Part shown: piece by piece, positions 8,713 through 16,562 of the stretch
How positions within the stretch are numbered: position 1 is the first letter of the stretch
Layout: each line of letters begins with the position of its first letter
Source of the DNA: Candidatus Altimarinota bacterium
GTDB taxonomy: Bacteria > Patescibacteriota > Gracilibacteria > UBA1369
Length of the DNA: 32,000 bases
NCBI GenBank assembly: GCA_041659405.1
Contig: JBAZYK010000002.1
Span: 60,001-92,000 of the forward strand
Direction of reading: 5' to 3'
The notes under the pieces: generated by a model
What the model was told of the DNA's origin: nothing
The model's input: the letters and a program-made list of their open reading frames with translations, nothing else
Databases searched by the model: none
Position numbers and translations under genes: made by a program

Positions 8713-8788
8713 TGGTGGACGCTGTAGGGCTCGAACCTACGACCCTCTCGGTGTAAACGAGATGCTCTACCAGCTGAGCTAAGCGTCC
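8713..8788 (-). tRNA. tRNA-Val (anticodon TAC), CCA encoded
   Basis: The reverse complement GGACGCTTAGCTCAGCTGGTAGAGCATCTCGTTTACACCGAGAGGGTCGTAGGTTCGAGCCCTACAGCGTCCACCA folds as a cloverleaf: 7-bp acceptor, GCTC/GAGC D stem, anticodon loop TTTACAC, and GTAGG/CCTAC T stem with a TTCGAGC loop. Confidence 0.93.
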
Positions 8789-8896
8789 ATATGAAACAGC
8801 GAGAGAAAAGTTATCACAGGGCTCTATCTATTTCAAGTTAATTTTCATTATTAAGACCGATTTAAAGACTTATTTTGTTAATTTCAGGCCATCCCG

Positions 8897-10159
8897 CTAT
8901 TTCTGGAAAATCGTCAACATAGTAAGTGTTAAAGCCATTCCAACGATAAAAACAATCGAAAGAACAGAAATCACATTCAGCCAAGGACCATTTTTATATT
9001 TTCCCATTAAATTTTCCTTATTTAGAAGGATCAAAATTGCCACAAACAAAATTGGCAACACGAACGTATTCAACATCTGCGACCCTACCAAGATTGGAAT
9101 CAAGGGCAAACCCGGAATAAGAATCACCGCCGCAGTCGAAAATATACTAAAAGTCAAAAGCTTATAAAACGAAGGAGATTCTTTTTTTAGATCCACACGC
9201 CCCTCCCAACCAAAAGCTTCTGTCACAATATACGAAGAAGTCATGGAAACCACCGCCAAACCAAGCAGAGAAGCATTTAAAAGGCCCCAGGCGAAAAGAT
9301 GTTTGGCAAAAGCTCCAGCCAGTGGTTCCAACGCAAGAGCAGCCTGTCCGGCATCCTGAATAACAATTCCATTTTTATAAAGAGTTGCCGCAGTCGCTAT
9401 CACAATGAAGAAAGCGACAAAATTCGTCCAAAAACTGCCAACAAACACATCCGCACGGGCATATTTAAGATGCTCGGCAGCCAAACCCTTATCCACGAAA
9501 TATGACTGTACAAAAAACTGTCCCCAAGCCGTAATTGTAGTACCAATCAACGCCACGGCCGTATAAAAGAAGGTAGGGGTCAATTCAATCGTTGGGATAA
9601 AAGTCCCCTTCAAAACCGCGGACCAATCCGGATGAGCCATAAAGCCAGCCAGGACATAAGAGAAAAACAACAAAGAAGATGTCAAAAATATTTTTTGAAC
9701 AATCTTAAAAGAACCTTTATAAACGATCCACCAAATCAGCAAACTGGCCAACGGAATCGCAATATATCTTGGAACATGATAAACATCGGCAACACTTGAA
9801 ATACCTGCATATTCAGCCAAAATATTTGTCCAGTTGGCAATAAAGGTTATGGCCACAACAAAAGTCGTAATTTTTAATCTAAAATTCTCCCGAATCAAAG
9901 CCGCCAAACCACGGCCGGTAACCAAACCCAAGCGCGCGCCCATTTCTTGAGTAATCGCTAAAATAAAAGTAATCAACAGCAAAATCCAGAGCATTTTGTA
10001 CCCAAAAGATGCCCCAACAACCGAATAAGTTGTTATACCACCGGCATCATTATCGGCAGTCCCGGCAATAATCCCCGGCCCCAAAAGGCCTAAAATCATT
10101 ATGAGCTTAATTTTAAAAGGGGAAACCTTGTGTTTGATTTCATTTTCAAAGCTTTTCAT
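8897..10159 (-). CDS. NRAMP (SLC11) family permease with non-canonical metal-site residues (NRMT-like, possible Mg2+ transporter)
   Basis: 420 aa polytopic membrane protein. It aligns by eye to E. coli MntH. The TM1 region GTADNDAGGITTYSVVGASFGY corresponds to [21 protein letters not shown]. The TM6 region LIGTTITAWGQFF corresponds to LGATIMPHVIYLH. So DPGN becomes DAGG and the MPH Met/His are lost. Confidence 0.8.
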   Translation of the reverse strand: MKSFENEIKHKVSPFKIKLIMILGLLGPGIIAGTADNDAGGITTYSVVGASFGYKMLWILLLITFILAITQEMGARLGLVTGRGLAALIRENFRLKITTFVVAITFIANWTNILAEYAGISSVADVYHVPRYIAIPLASLLIWWIVYKGSFKIVQKIFLTSSLLFFSYVLAGFMAHPDWSAVLKGTFIPTIELTPTFFYTAVALIGTTITAWGQFFVQSYFVDKGLAAEHLKYARADVFVGSFWTNFVAFFIVIATAATLYKNGIVIQDAGQAALALEPLAGAFAKHLFAWGLLNASLLGLAVVSMTSSYIVTEAFGWEGRVDLKKESPSFYKLLTFSIFSTAAVILIPGLPLIPILVGSQMLNTFVLPILFVAILILLNKENLMGKYKNGPWLNVISVLSIVFIVGMALTLTMLTIFQK

Positions 10160-10170
10160 ATCGGAAAAAA

Positions 10171-11385
10171 TTAAGCATCAGGAACCAAAAGACGCATGAT
10201 ATCGTCCACGGTAATAATTCCTTTCAAATGTTTACGACGATCAACAACGCCCACAGAGAGCAAATTATATTTAGTCATAATTTTGGCAACTTCACGTGCA
10301 TGAGTTGAAATCTTCACGGTTTTAACCACCTTGGACATTAATTCACCGATTTTTTCGCTATGATCAGCCAAAAGCAAAGTCCTAATGGAAACAATTCCAA
10401 TTAAAGCATTATCTTTATTTACCACAAACGCGTGGTAAATCGAACGATGTTCATCGGATTTCTTCCTGATTTCCTTAATAGCTTCACGAACAGATTCATC
10501 TTCACCAATATGCAAATATTCAGTATTCATCAAACCTCCGGCACGATCTTCTTCATAAGTCGTAAGTTTATGTAAAGTTTTTGCCTTTCTAATTCCCAAG
10601 CGACGAAAAACCTGGATACGCTTATGCTCGGAAAGATCCTGAATAACATCAGCAGCTTCATCCGTTGGCATTTCCTCCAAAATCCCCGCCAAATATTTAG
10701 GGTTAATATGATCAATCAAAGTTTCTTTATATTCAGGTTCAACTTCACCCAAAACCTCAGCGGCTTTTTCTTTATCAAACGCCTGAACCAACTTGGTACT
10801 TTGATGTAATGTTAAGTTTTCAATCAAATTCGCAATATCCGCAGGATGCAATTTCTCCAACTTCTGATACGGAGTTTTTAGCTTAAGACTACCAATATTT
10901 CCCTTCACCAGATTCACATTATGCCAATCTATAAAACGTGATTGCATGGAACGAATAAAAGGTAAATGCGCCAATCCCAGGCGACGCATCAGCGCTTTAT
11001 TACTAACATCAATTCCCACAACCGAAAAATCATCCTCAATTTTTGAAAGTTGCAAATCATTAACGCGCACCACCCTGATTCCCTCCACATCAAAAATTTG
11101 CTGATCAAGAACATCACGAACCAACAAAACCTCATCATTGGAAAACTCATAATTAACTTTCCAGCAATTTGATCGATTGAGAGTTATTTCAGCACGACTC
11201 AAATTTTCTATACAAGTATAAGGAATAAAATTGACCTCTTTTCCTCTATAAAAAATCAAACCCTGAACTCGCGGATACTCTCCATTTTTTGTCTTTGCAT
11301 TAACAACAACATCTCCCAAACAACCAATAACATCTTCCCTGCTATCAATAATATCGGCCTTCACTAATTGGCTTAAAAAAATCAT
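10171..11385 (-). CDS. soluble MgtE-like protein: PRC-barrel-like N-terminus + MgtE_N domain + CBS pair, no transmembrane domain
   Basis: 404 aa. LHPADIANLIENL...EKAAEVLGEVEPE...ILEEMPTDEAADVIQDL matches the MgtE N-domain pattern. AGGLMNTEYLHIG...IYHAFVVNKDNALIGIVSIRTLLLAD...KYNLLSVGVVDRRKHLKGIITVDDI is a CBS pair as in MgtE. The protein ends right after the CBS pair. It lies 11 nt upstream of the NRAMP-like gene. Confidence 0.8.
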   Translation of the reverse strand: MIFLSQLVKADIIDSREDVIGCLGDVVVNAKTKNGEYPRVQGLIFYRGKEVNFIPYTCIENLSRAEITLNRSNCWKVNYEFSNDEVLLVRDVLDQQIFDVEGIRVVRVNDLQLSKIEDDFSVVGIDVSNKALMRRLGLAHLPFIRSMQSRFIDWHNVNLVKGNIGSLKLKTPYQKLEKLHPADIANLIENLTLHQSTKLVQAFDKEKAAEVLGEVEPEYKETLIDHINPKYLAGILEEMPTDEAADVIQDLSEHKRIQVFRRLGIRKAKTLHKLTTYEEDRAGGLMNTEYLHIGEDESVREAIKEIRKKSDEHRSIYHAFVVNKDNALIGIVSIRTLLLADHSEKIGELMSKVVKTVKISTHAREVAKIMTKYNLLSVGVVDRRKHLKGIITVDDIMRLLVPDA

Positions 11386-11412
11386 AAAAAACTCCTGAAA
11401 AATTTCACCGAA

Positions 11413-11441
11413 ATTATATACTGCATTTACAAAGCGAACAA
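11413..11441 (-). promoter_or_regulatory. candidate sigma70-type promoter for the MgtE-like/NRAMP-like pair
   Basis: Minus-sense TTGTTC (11441-11436), a 17-nt spacer, then TATAAT (11418-11413), about 28 nt upstream of the ATG at 11385. Motif evidence only. Confidence 0.4.
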
Positions 11442-11474
11442 CAAAAAAGAGATGGAAATTTTAATTCCACCTCT
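11441..11474 (-). terminator. Rho-independent terminator after the Lys/Ala-rich protein gene
   Basis: Minus-sense agaggtggaa-ttaaaat-ttccatctct forms a 10-bp stem with one G.U pair, followed by TTTTTTGTTGTT. Confidence 0.7.
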
Positions 11475-11506
11475 TTTAAATTTGAAGATGAACCGAATTC
11501 CAAAAT

Positions 11507-12322
11507 TTATTTTGTGTCAGAAGTCTTATTTTCTTCCTTCAATACTTTCTTTGCTTCTTTCTGGGCTTTCTTTTGATCTTTTTCTAACTGAGCCTGAGCC
11601 TTTAAAGTAACTTTCAAAGCATTCAAAGCATCCTTTTTAACTTTCTCAGCAGCTGAAACAGCAGCGTTAAACGTCTTTCTTGCTGCTTCTCTAGCTGTTT
11701 GTAAAACTGCACGAGCTGCACTTACTCCACCTTTGTAAGTCTTACGAGCGGCATTCATAGCGTCATTATAAGTTTTCCTGGCAGCCTGATTCTTAGCTTT
11801 ATCAGTAGTTGCTGAACAAACAGTAGCCTTCAAAGTATTCAAAGCCTTTTGCATAACAGCCTTACGAGTTGCAACCAAAGCATCAACCTGTGTTTTAAAC
11901 ACTGCAAAAGCAGCATCTACAACCTTCTTATGATCTGCAATCGCAGCCTTCATACTTGCACGGAAAGTCTCAAGTATCTGTTGAACCTTAGAATCCTTTA
12001 CAACTTTCACATCACGTTCCGCACGTTTATTTGCCATATTACCATCATATTCAGAACGATTTTTGGAAGATTTAACATTATTTTCCGCATTCTTATTTTC
12101 AGATTTCACCTGTGAATCGATAGCATCTTTTGTCGATTTTTGCTGTTTTTCTTCAAAATTGACCACATTACAAAGCTTATTCACCTTATCGGATAAAGAA
12201 ACACTCTGAGTAGACTCATCCTTCGATTTTACCTGATCCGAAGTCCCTTCCATCGCAAAAGAAGGAGCCGCAAAGCTTAAAACGGTCATACCAACCAAAA
12301 GTGCCGAGGTTACCTTTTTCAT
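11507..12322 (-). CDS. secreted Lys/Ala-rich alpha-helical repeat protein (hypothetical)
   Basis: 271 aa. It has a signal-peptide-like N-terminus (MKKVTSALLVGMTVLSFAAPSFA). The C-terminal half is low-complexity K/A/Q-rich, with a recurring AARKTY/AARKTF/AARAVL motif. No family was recognised. Confidence 0.6.
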   Translation of the reverse strand: MKKVTSALLVGMTVLSFAAPSFAMEGTSDQVKSKDESTQSVSLSDKVNKLCNVVNFEEKQQKSTKDAIDSQVKSENKNAENNVKSSKNRSEYDGNMANKRAERDVKVVKDSKVQQILETFRASMKAAIADHKKVVDAAFAVFKTQVDALVATRKAVMQKALNTLKATVCSATTDKAKNQAARKTYNDAMNAARKTYKGGVSAARAVLQTAREAARKTFNAAVSAAEKVKKDALNALKVTLKAQAQLEKDQKKAQKEAKKVLKEENKTSDTK

Positions 12323-12482
12323 AGAAAAAAGTTATGAAATAAAATTCTTTTGTTACCTGCATATTCTAACGTAGATCACAGAAAATACTTACAACCTAAA
12401 ATCCTTTCCCCTTGTGCAATCCAAAATTCATTTTCTAAAAAATATCTATTTTTAGCCAGATCAAGATTTTAGCCACGTCAAA

Positions 12483-12612
12483 TATAAAAAAACATGAGCG
12501 AAAAATTCGAAGCAAAGCGTGGATTTTTGAGGATTGGGTCTCGTGGGCCCCAACCGCAGAAAATCCCGCTACTGCGCAGAATTTTGAACGAATAACAATA
12601 TAGGGGAAAAAG
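12483..12612 (+). repeat. copy B of the duplicated intergenic element carrying a 33-codon ORF
   Basis: See copy A. ORF 12494-12595 = MSEKFEAKRGFLRIGSRGPQPQKIPLLRRILNE. It is followed by an AT-rich hairpin plus T-run (ttgtttcacaaacaa gttttt) and a GC hairpin (gcccgc-ttgagg-gcgggc) before tRNA-Leu. Confidence 0.85.
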
Positions 12613-12747
12613 CCCAAAATAAGGTCTTATCTTTTGCTTCGCAATAGGGAAAACCTCGCCTCGAAAGAATTTGGAGTTTGTTTCACAAACAAGTTTTTGC
12701 TATGCCCGCTTGAGGGCGGGCGCGGACACTCGCTATGCTCGTGTCTA

Positions 12748-12833
12748 TGGTGCGCGGGAGAGGACTCGAACCTCCACGCCCTTTCGAGCGCTACCACCTC
12801 AAGGTAGTGCGTCTGCCATTTCGCCACCCGCGC
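12748..12833 (-). tRNA. tRNA-Leu (anticodon GAG), long variable arm, CCA encoded
   Basis: The reverse complement GCGCGGGTGGCGAAATGGCAGACGCACTACCTTGAGGTGGTAGCGCTCGAAAGGGCGTGGAGGTTCGAGTCCTCTCCCGCGCACCA has a CTACC/GGTAG anticodon stem with loop TTGAGGT. It also has a class-II variable arm and a TTCGAGT T loop. Confidence 0.92.
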
Positions 12834-13139
12834 TAAACACATTGCCTATACCACAACCAAAAACAGAGAAGGCACAAAGCTCACCCATTTTAGCCAAATT
12901 CTGAAAAATCTCAAGGTGTTCTAACAATATTTCACCGTTCTTAACCCAAAAGACCACTTCTACTCATACAAAAGTGATCTTTTAACCTGCTTTTTAGCTA
13001 CATTTTATAAAACCTGCCTCCTGGCCTAAGCACTTGCCTTTAGTGCCGCCGCCGCATCCTTACTTTAAGTATGTAACAGATTACAGTTAATTTGATTTTT
13101 CCAGGCTTTATTAATTTCAAAAAAAATGTTTAAATATAC

Positions 13140-13703
13140 ATGCCCATGAAAAAAACACTTCGCCAAATAAAGCTTTTAGAAAGACTGGCCCACCATCCGG
13201 TTGAAAAAACTAAAAAAGATCGGCTTATACTTAAAGGAATCTGCAATTTACCCGAATTCAAAAAGGCCAAAAACATCTTATTCTACACTCCAATTAAAGG
13301 AGAAGTGGATATTTCTAAAATCCTGAAGAAATCTAAAACTAAAAAGTTTGTCCTTCCTCGAATTAATGGAAATAAACTCGATCTTCACTATATAGAAGAC
13401 CTTTCTCAAGCCGAAGAAAACAAGTTTAAAATCCTTGAACCCAAAAAAAATCTCCCCAAAGCAAAACCACAAGATATCGACTTGGCAATCATCCCTGGTG
13501 TTGTATTTTCCGACAACGGCCATAGGGTTGGCTATGGCAAGGGATTTTATGATCGTTTTCTTAAAAAGACTCTAGCCGTAAAAATTGGTGTTGCATATCG
13601 GTTTCAAATCGTTAAGAATATCCCCGGTGAAAAACACGACGTACCAATGGAGATAATCATCACGGAAAACAAAACCATGAGAATCAAACACAATACTCTT
13701 TAA
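13140..13703 (+). CDS. 5-formyltetrahydrofolate cyclo-ligase
   Basis: 187 aa. [13 protein letters not shown] and [23 protein letters not shown] are the MTHFS family motifs. It lies directly upstream of glyA. Confidence 0.85.
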   Translation: MPMKKTLRQIKLLERLAHHPVEKTKKDRLILKGICNLPEFKKAKNILFYTPIKGEVDISKILKKSKTKKFVLPRINGNKLDLHYIEDLSQAEENKFKILEPKKNLPKAKPQDIDLAIIPGVVFSDNGHRVGYGKGFYDRFLKKTLAVKIGVAYRFQIVKNIPGEKHDVPMEIIITENKTMRIKHNTL

Positions 13704-13714
13704 CCCCAGTTTCC

Positions 13715-14962
13715 ATGCAGATGCCAGCACTCAAGTCGTATGATCCGCAAGTATACGACGCAATTAAACGTGAAGAAAAACGCCAAAGTGAGGGAATGGA
13801 ATTAATCCCTTCGGAAAATTACGTTTCTCAGGCGGTTTTAGAGGCAAACGGCTCATTAATGACCAACAAATATTCAGAAGGATATGTTGGCAAACGCTAT
13901 TATGGCGGCCAGGAAAATGTTGATACGATTGAAGCATTGGCTATAGATAGAGCAAAGCAGCTTTTTGGAGCTGAACACGTCAATGTACAACCATATTCCG
14001 GAAGTCCCGCCAACACAGCTGTTTATTTTGCTCTATTGAATTATGGCGATACCGTTCTTGGCATGAAACTGGATCATGGCGGACACATCACCCATGGCTT
14101 GCCAATAAGCTTTTCCGGCAGATCATATAAGTTTATCGGCTACGGTGTAGATAAAGAAACCGGCCGAGTTGATATGGAAGAAGTCCGAAAATTGGCTCTG
14201 GAACACAAACCAAAGATGATTGTTGCGGGATTTTCCGCCTATTCACGTAATCTTGATTGGAAAAAATTCAAAGAAATTGCCGATGAAGTTGGGGCCATAA
14301 CCATGGCCGATATTGCGCATATTGCAGGGCTGATTGCCGCTGGCGAAATTGACTCACCAATCCCCTATTTTGATGTTGTCACCACGACTACCCACAAAAC
14401 CTTACGCGGACCTCGCGGCGCAATGATTATGTGTAAGCAAAAATTCGCCAAAGATATTGATCGCGCCGTCTTCCCGGGATTACAGGGTGGCCCACACGAC
14501 AATGCCATAGCCGCAAAAGCAGTTGCCTTTAAAGAAGCGCTTGAACCTTCCTTTAAAGAATATGCCAAACAAATCATGAAGAACGCCAAAACTTTAGCGG
14601 ACGCCCTAACCGGTTATGGTTTTGAGATCATTTCTAAAGGAACCGACAATCACCTTATGCTTATTGATCTTACAAACAAAGGCGTGACAGGCAAACAAGC
14701 CCAGGAAGCCATGGATAAAGCCGGAATCACCTGCAACAAAAACACTGTTCCATTTGAAACACGCAGCCCAATGGACCCAAGCGGAATTCGTCTGGGAACA
14801 CCTGCTATTACCACTCGTGGCATGAAAGAAGCCGAAATGAAAACAATCGCCGGCTGGATTAACAACTGCATCGCCAACTGGAATAACGATGAAAAACTCG
14901 CGCAAATCGAAGCAGAAGTAAAAACTTTGTGTCTTAAGTTTCCGGTTCCGGGTGTGAATTAA
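13715..14962 (+). CDS. glyA: serine hydroxymethyltransferase
   Basis: 415 aa. It contains [20 protein letters not shown] and the PLP-lysine region [14 protein letters not shown]. Confidence 0.95.
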   Translation: MQMPALKSYDPQVYDAIKREEKRQSEGMELIPSENYVSQAVLEANGSLMTNKYSEGYVGKRYYGGQENVDTIEALAIDRAKQLFGAEHVNVQPYSGSPANTAVYFALLNYGDTVLGMKLDHGGHITHGLPISFSGRSYKFIGYGVDKETGRVDMEEVRKLALEHKPKMIVAGFSAYSRNLDWKKFKEIADEVGAITMADIAHIAGLIAAGEIDSPIPYFDVVTTTTHKTLRGPRGAMIMCKQKFAKDIDRAVFPGLQGGPHDNAIAAKAVAFKEALEPSFKEYAKQIMKNAKTLADALTGYGFEIISKGTDNHLMLIDLTNKGVTGKQAQEAMDKAGITCNKNTVPFETRSPMDPSGIRLGTPAITTRGMKEAEMKTIAGWINNCIANWNNDEKLAQIEAEVKTLCLKFPVPGVN

Positions 14963-14966
14963 AGCT

Positions 14967-16541
14967 TTATTTTCGTTTCACCACAATCAGCGTGATGTCA
15001 TCCATCTGTTTATAACTTCCGCTAAACTCTTTGACATCGGCCAGCAGCGCATTGCGAATAGCAAGAGCTGTTGGCAAACTTGAATATTCAGTCACCGCGC
15101 GTTTAAAACGAGCCATTCCATACATTTCTTTGTCGTTCTTCCACGATTCCGGAATACCATCCGAATACAAAACCAAAACATCATCTTTTTGCAGACCGAA
15201 TTCTTCTTCCTTAACAACTTTGCTAATATCGGGAATCATGCCTAAAGCCAACCCGCCCGAAGGACACAAAGTCACTTTTTGATCCTGCGCATGATAATGA
15301 ATCATTTGTTCATGACCGGCATTTACAAATTTAAGCTTAGAAGAAACCGCATCCCACTGCAGCATTACCATCGTCAAAAACATATTTGAAGAAGTTTTAG
15401 CCTTAATCACGCGATTAGTATCCATCATAATTGACTTCAAATCTTTCTGCCCAGCCATAGTGTAAATAACAGCATTTGCAATCGAAACAATGATACCGGA
15501 TGGCACACCATGACCGGTCACATCACCAATATAGAAAATGAGCTGATCATCATTCAATTTCAAGAAATCATAACAATCACCACCAATTTCTTCAGCAGGT
15601 AAAAGCCCGGCAGCAAGGTCCAAACCGTTAATTATCGGCATGGTTTTAGGCAAAAGTTGCGCCTGAATTTTTGAAGCCAATTCAAGTTCCTTCGTAACAC
15701 GTTCTTTGTAAAGCATGGCTTTTGTACTGATTTCCAAATCGGCGGCCATTTTGTTAAAAGCTCCCGCCAAAGTGAAAAGTTCATCTTTGGTTTTTACAAT
15801 AACGCGATGCTTAAAATCACCTTTTGCAATAATTCCGGCACCTTCCGTTAATTGCTCAATTGGCTTGGTGATGGTCTTAGAATAGAGCACCGCCATCAAG
15901 ATTCCAATGCCTACACCAAAGATTGCCAATAAAATAATACGCCATGCAGTTTGATTAACCCGGGCTTCAAGAGCCTGGTAAGTAATACCATAGGAAACGG
16001 CAAACTCGGTACCAACCGGCTGCACAAAATAAGAAATCTTTTCGGTTTTACCAAGGTCTGTTGTGGTTTTTTCATCTTGATCAACGGCCTGGAAATTACC
16101 ATTTTCATCTTTTTTAAAATAAACCACTCGCTTGGAATCCGTAGTCAAAACAGACAAATTGCGTGCTTGAATTTGCTTAAACAAAAGATCATTTTGCACT
16201 TTGCGAACAGTTCCATCGTATTGTTTAGACTGCTCAGTATGCGAGTCATAAGCCAATTCCCCGTTATACTTATAAATTTGGACCGAAGCAACATCCACGT
16301 TTTTTTGAAAAACATCCTGAATGTTACGATTGAAATAAATAAAACTCTTCTGAGAAAGATACAAATTGTAATCATTCACAATATTGGGAGCCGTTAACTC
16401 CGCAAAAGAACGCGCATTCAGGAAAATATCATTCGAAAGTTCCTGCCGCTTTTCATTTAAAAGCACAAAGGCTGCTGCCGTTAACAGGACGACAATGAGA
16501 ATACTAATGGTTATGGTGAGTTTTGTTTTGATTGAGCGCAT
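14967..16541 (-). CDS. membrane sensor phosphatase: extracytoplasmic domain + HAMP + PP2C/SpoIIE (RsbU-like) domain
   Basis: 524 aa. It has an N-terminal TM segment, a ~170-aa periplasmic-type region and a second TM segment (WRIILLAIFGVGIGILMAVLY). The HAMP region is PIEQLTEGAGIIAKGDFKHRV...FNKMAADLE. The C-terminal SpoIIE-type PPM domain includes GGDCYDF, IGDVTGHGVPSG, NAGH and LYSDGIPE. Confidence 0.8.
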   Translation of the reverse strand: MRSIKTKLTITISILIVVLLTAAAFVLLNEKRQELSNDIFLNARSFAELTAPNIVNDYNLYLSQKSFIYFNRNIQDVFQKNVDVASVQIYKYNGELAYDSHTEQSKQYDGTVRKVQNDLLFKQIQARNLSVLTTDSKRVVYFKKDENGNFQAVDQDEKTTTDLGKTEKISYFVQPVGTEFAVSYGITYQALEARVNQTAWRIILLAIFGVGIGILMAVLYSKTITKPIEQLTEGAGIIAKGDFKHRVIVKTKDELFTLAGAFNKMAADLEISTKAMLYKERVTKELELASKIQAQLLPKTMPIINGLDLAAGLLPAEEIGGDCYDFLKLNDDQLIFYIGDVTGHGVPSGIIVSIANAVIYTMAGQKDLKSIMMDTNRVIKAKTSSNMFLTMVMLQWDAVSSKLKFVNAGHEQMIHYHAQDQKVTLCPSGGLALGMIPDISKVVKEEEFGLQKDDVLVLYSDGIPESWKNDKEMYGMARFKRAVTEYSSLPTALAIRNALLADVKEFSGSYKQMDDITLIVVKRK

Positions 16542-16562
16542 ATATTTGTTGTTTCAAGGTTA

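Noticed and set aside
12435-12617. 60-aa minus-strand ORF (TTG start) covering repeat copy B
   Set aside because: The antisense frame is also open in copy A. However, in that frame the 5 inter-copy substitutions hit 4 codons and are all non-synonymous, and the start context is not shared. The plus-strand 33-codon frame explains the substitution pattern and the in-frame 36-nt indel better. It is still not formally excluded.
12627-12904. 71-aa (minus) and 77-aa (plus) ORFs
   Set aside because: Both run across tRNA-Leu(GAG) and the GC-rich hairpins next to it. Their composition reflects tRNA sequence, not coding sequence.
12960-12996. An 11/12-bp hairpin (aaaagaccactt...aagtgatctttt) and a GC-richer patch (13015-13060) in the 300-nt gap upstream of tRNA-Leu, considered as a possible sRNA such as SRP RNA
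   Set aside because: No SRP domain-IV motifs, or other known RNA signatures, could be matched by eye on either strand. The hairpin alone is not enough to call a gene.
15951-16397. 148-aa plus-strand ORF, plus the other track ORFs at 15031-15282, 15911-16108 and 16145-16375 (some antisense, some same-strand out-of-frame)
   Set aside because: All are nested within the HAMP-PP2C gene, which has clear domain motifs. Their sequences are Ile/Asn/Leu-rich, which is expected for alternative-frame or antisense readings of an AT-rich gene.
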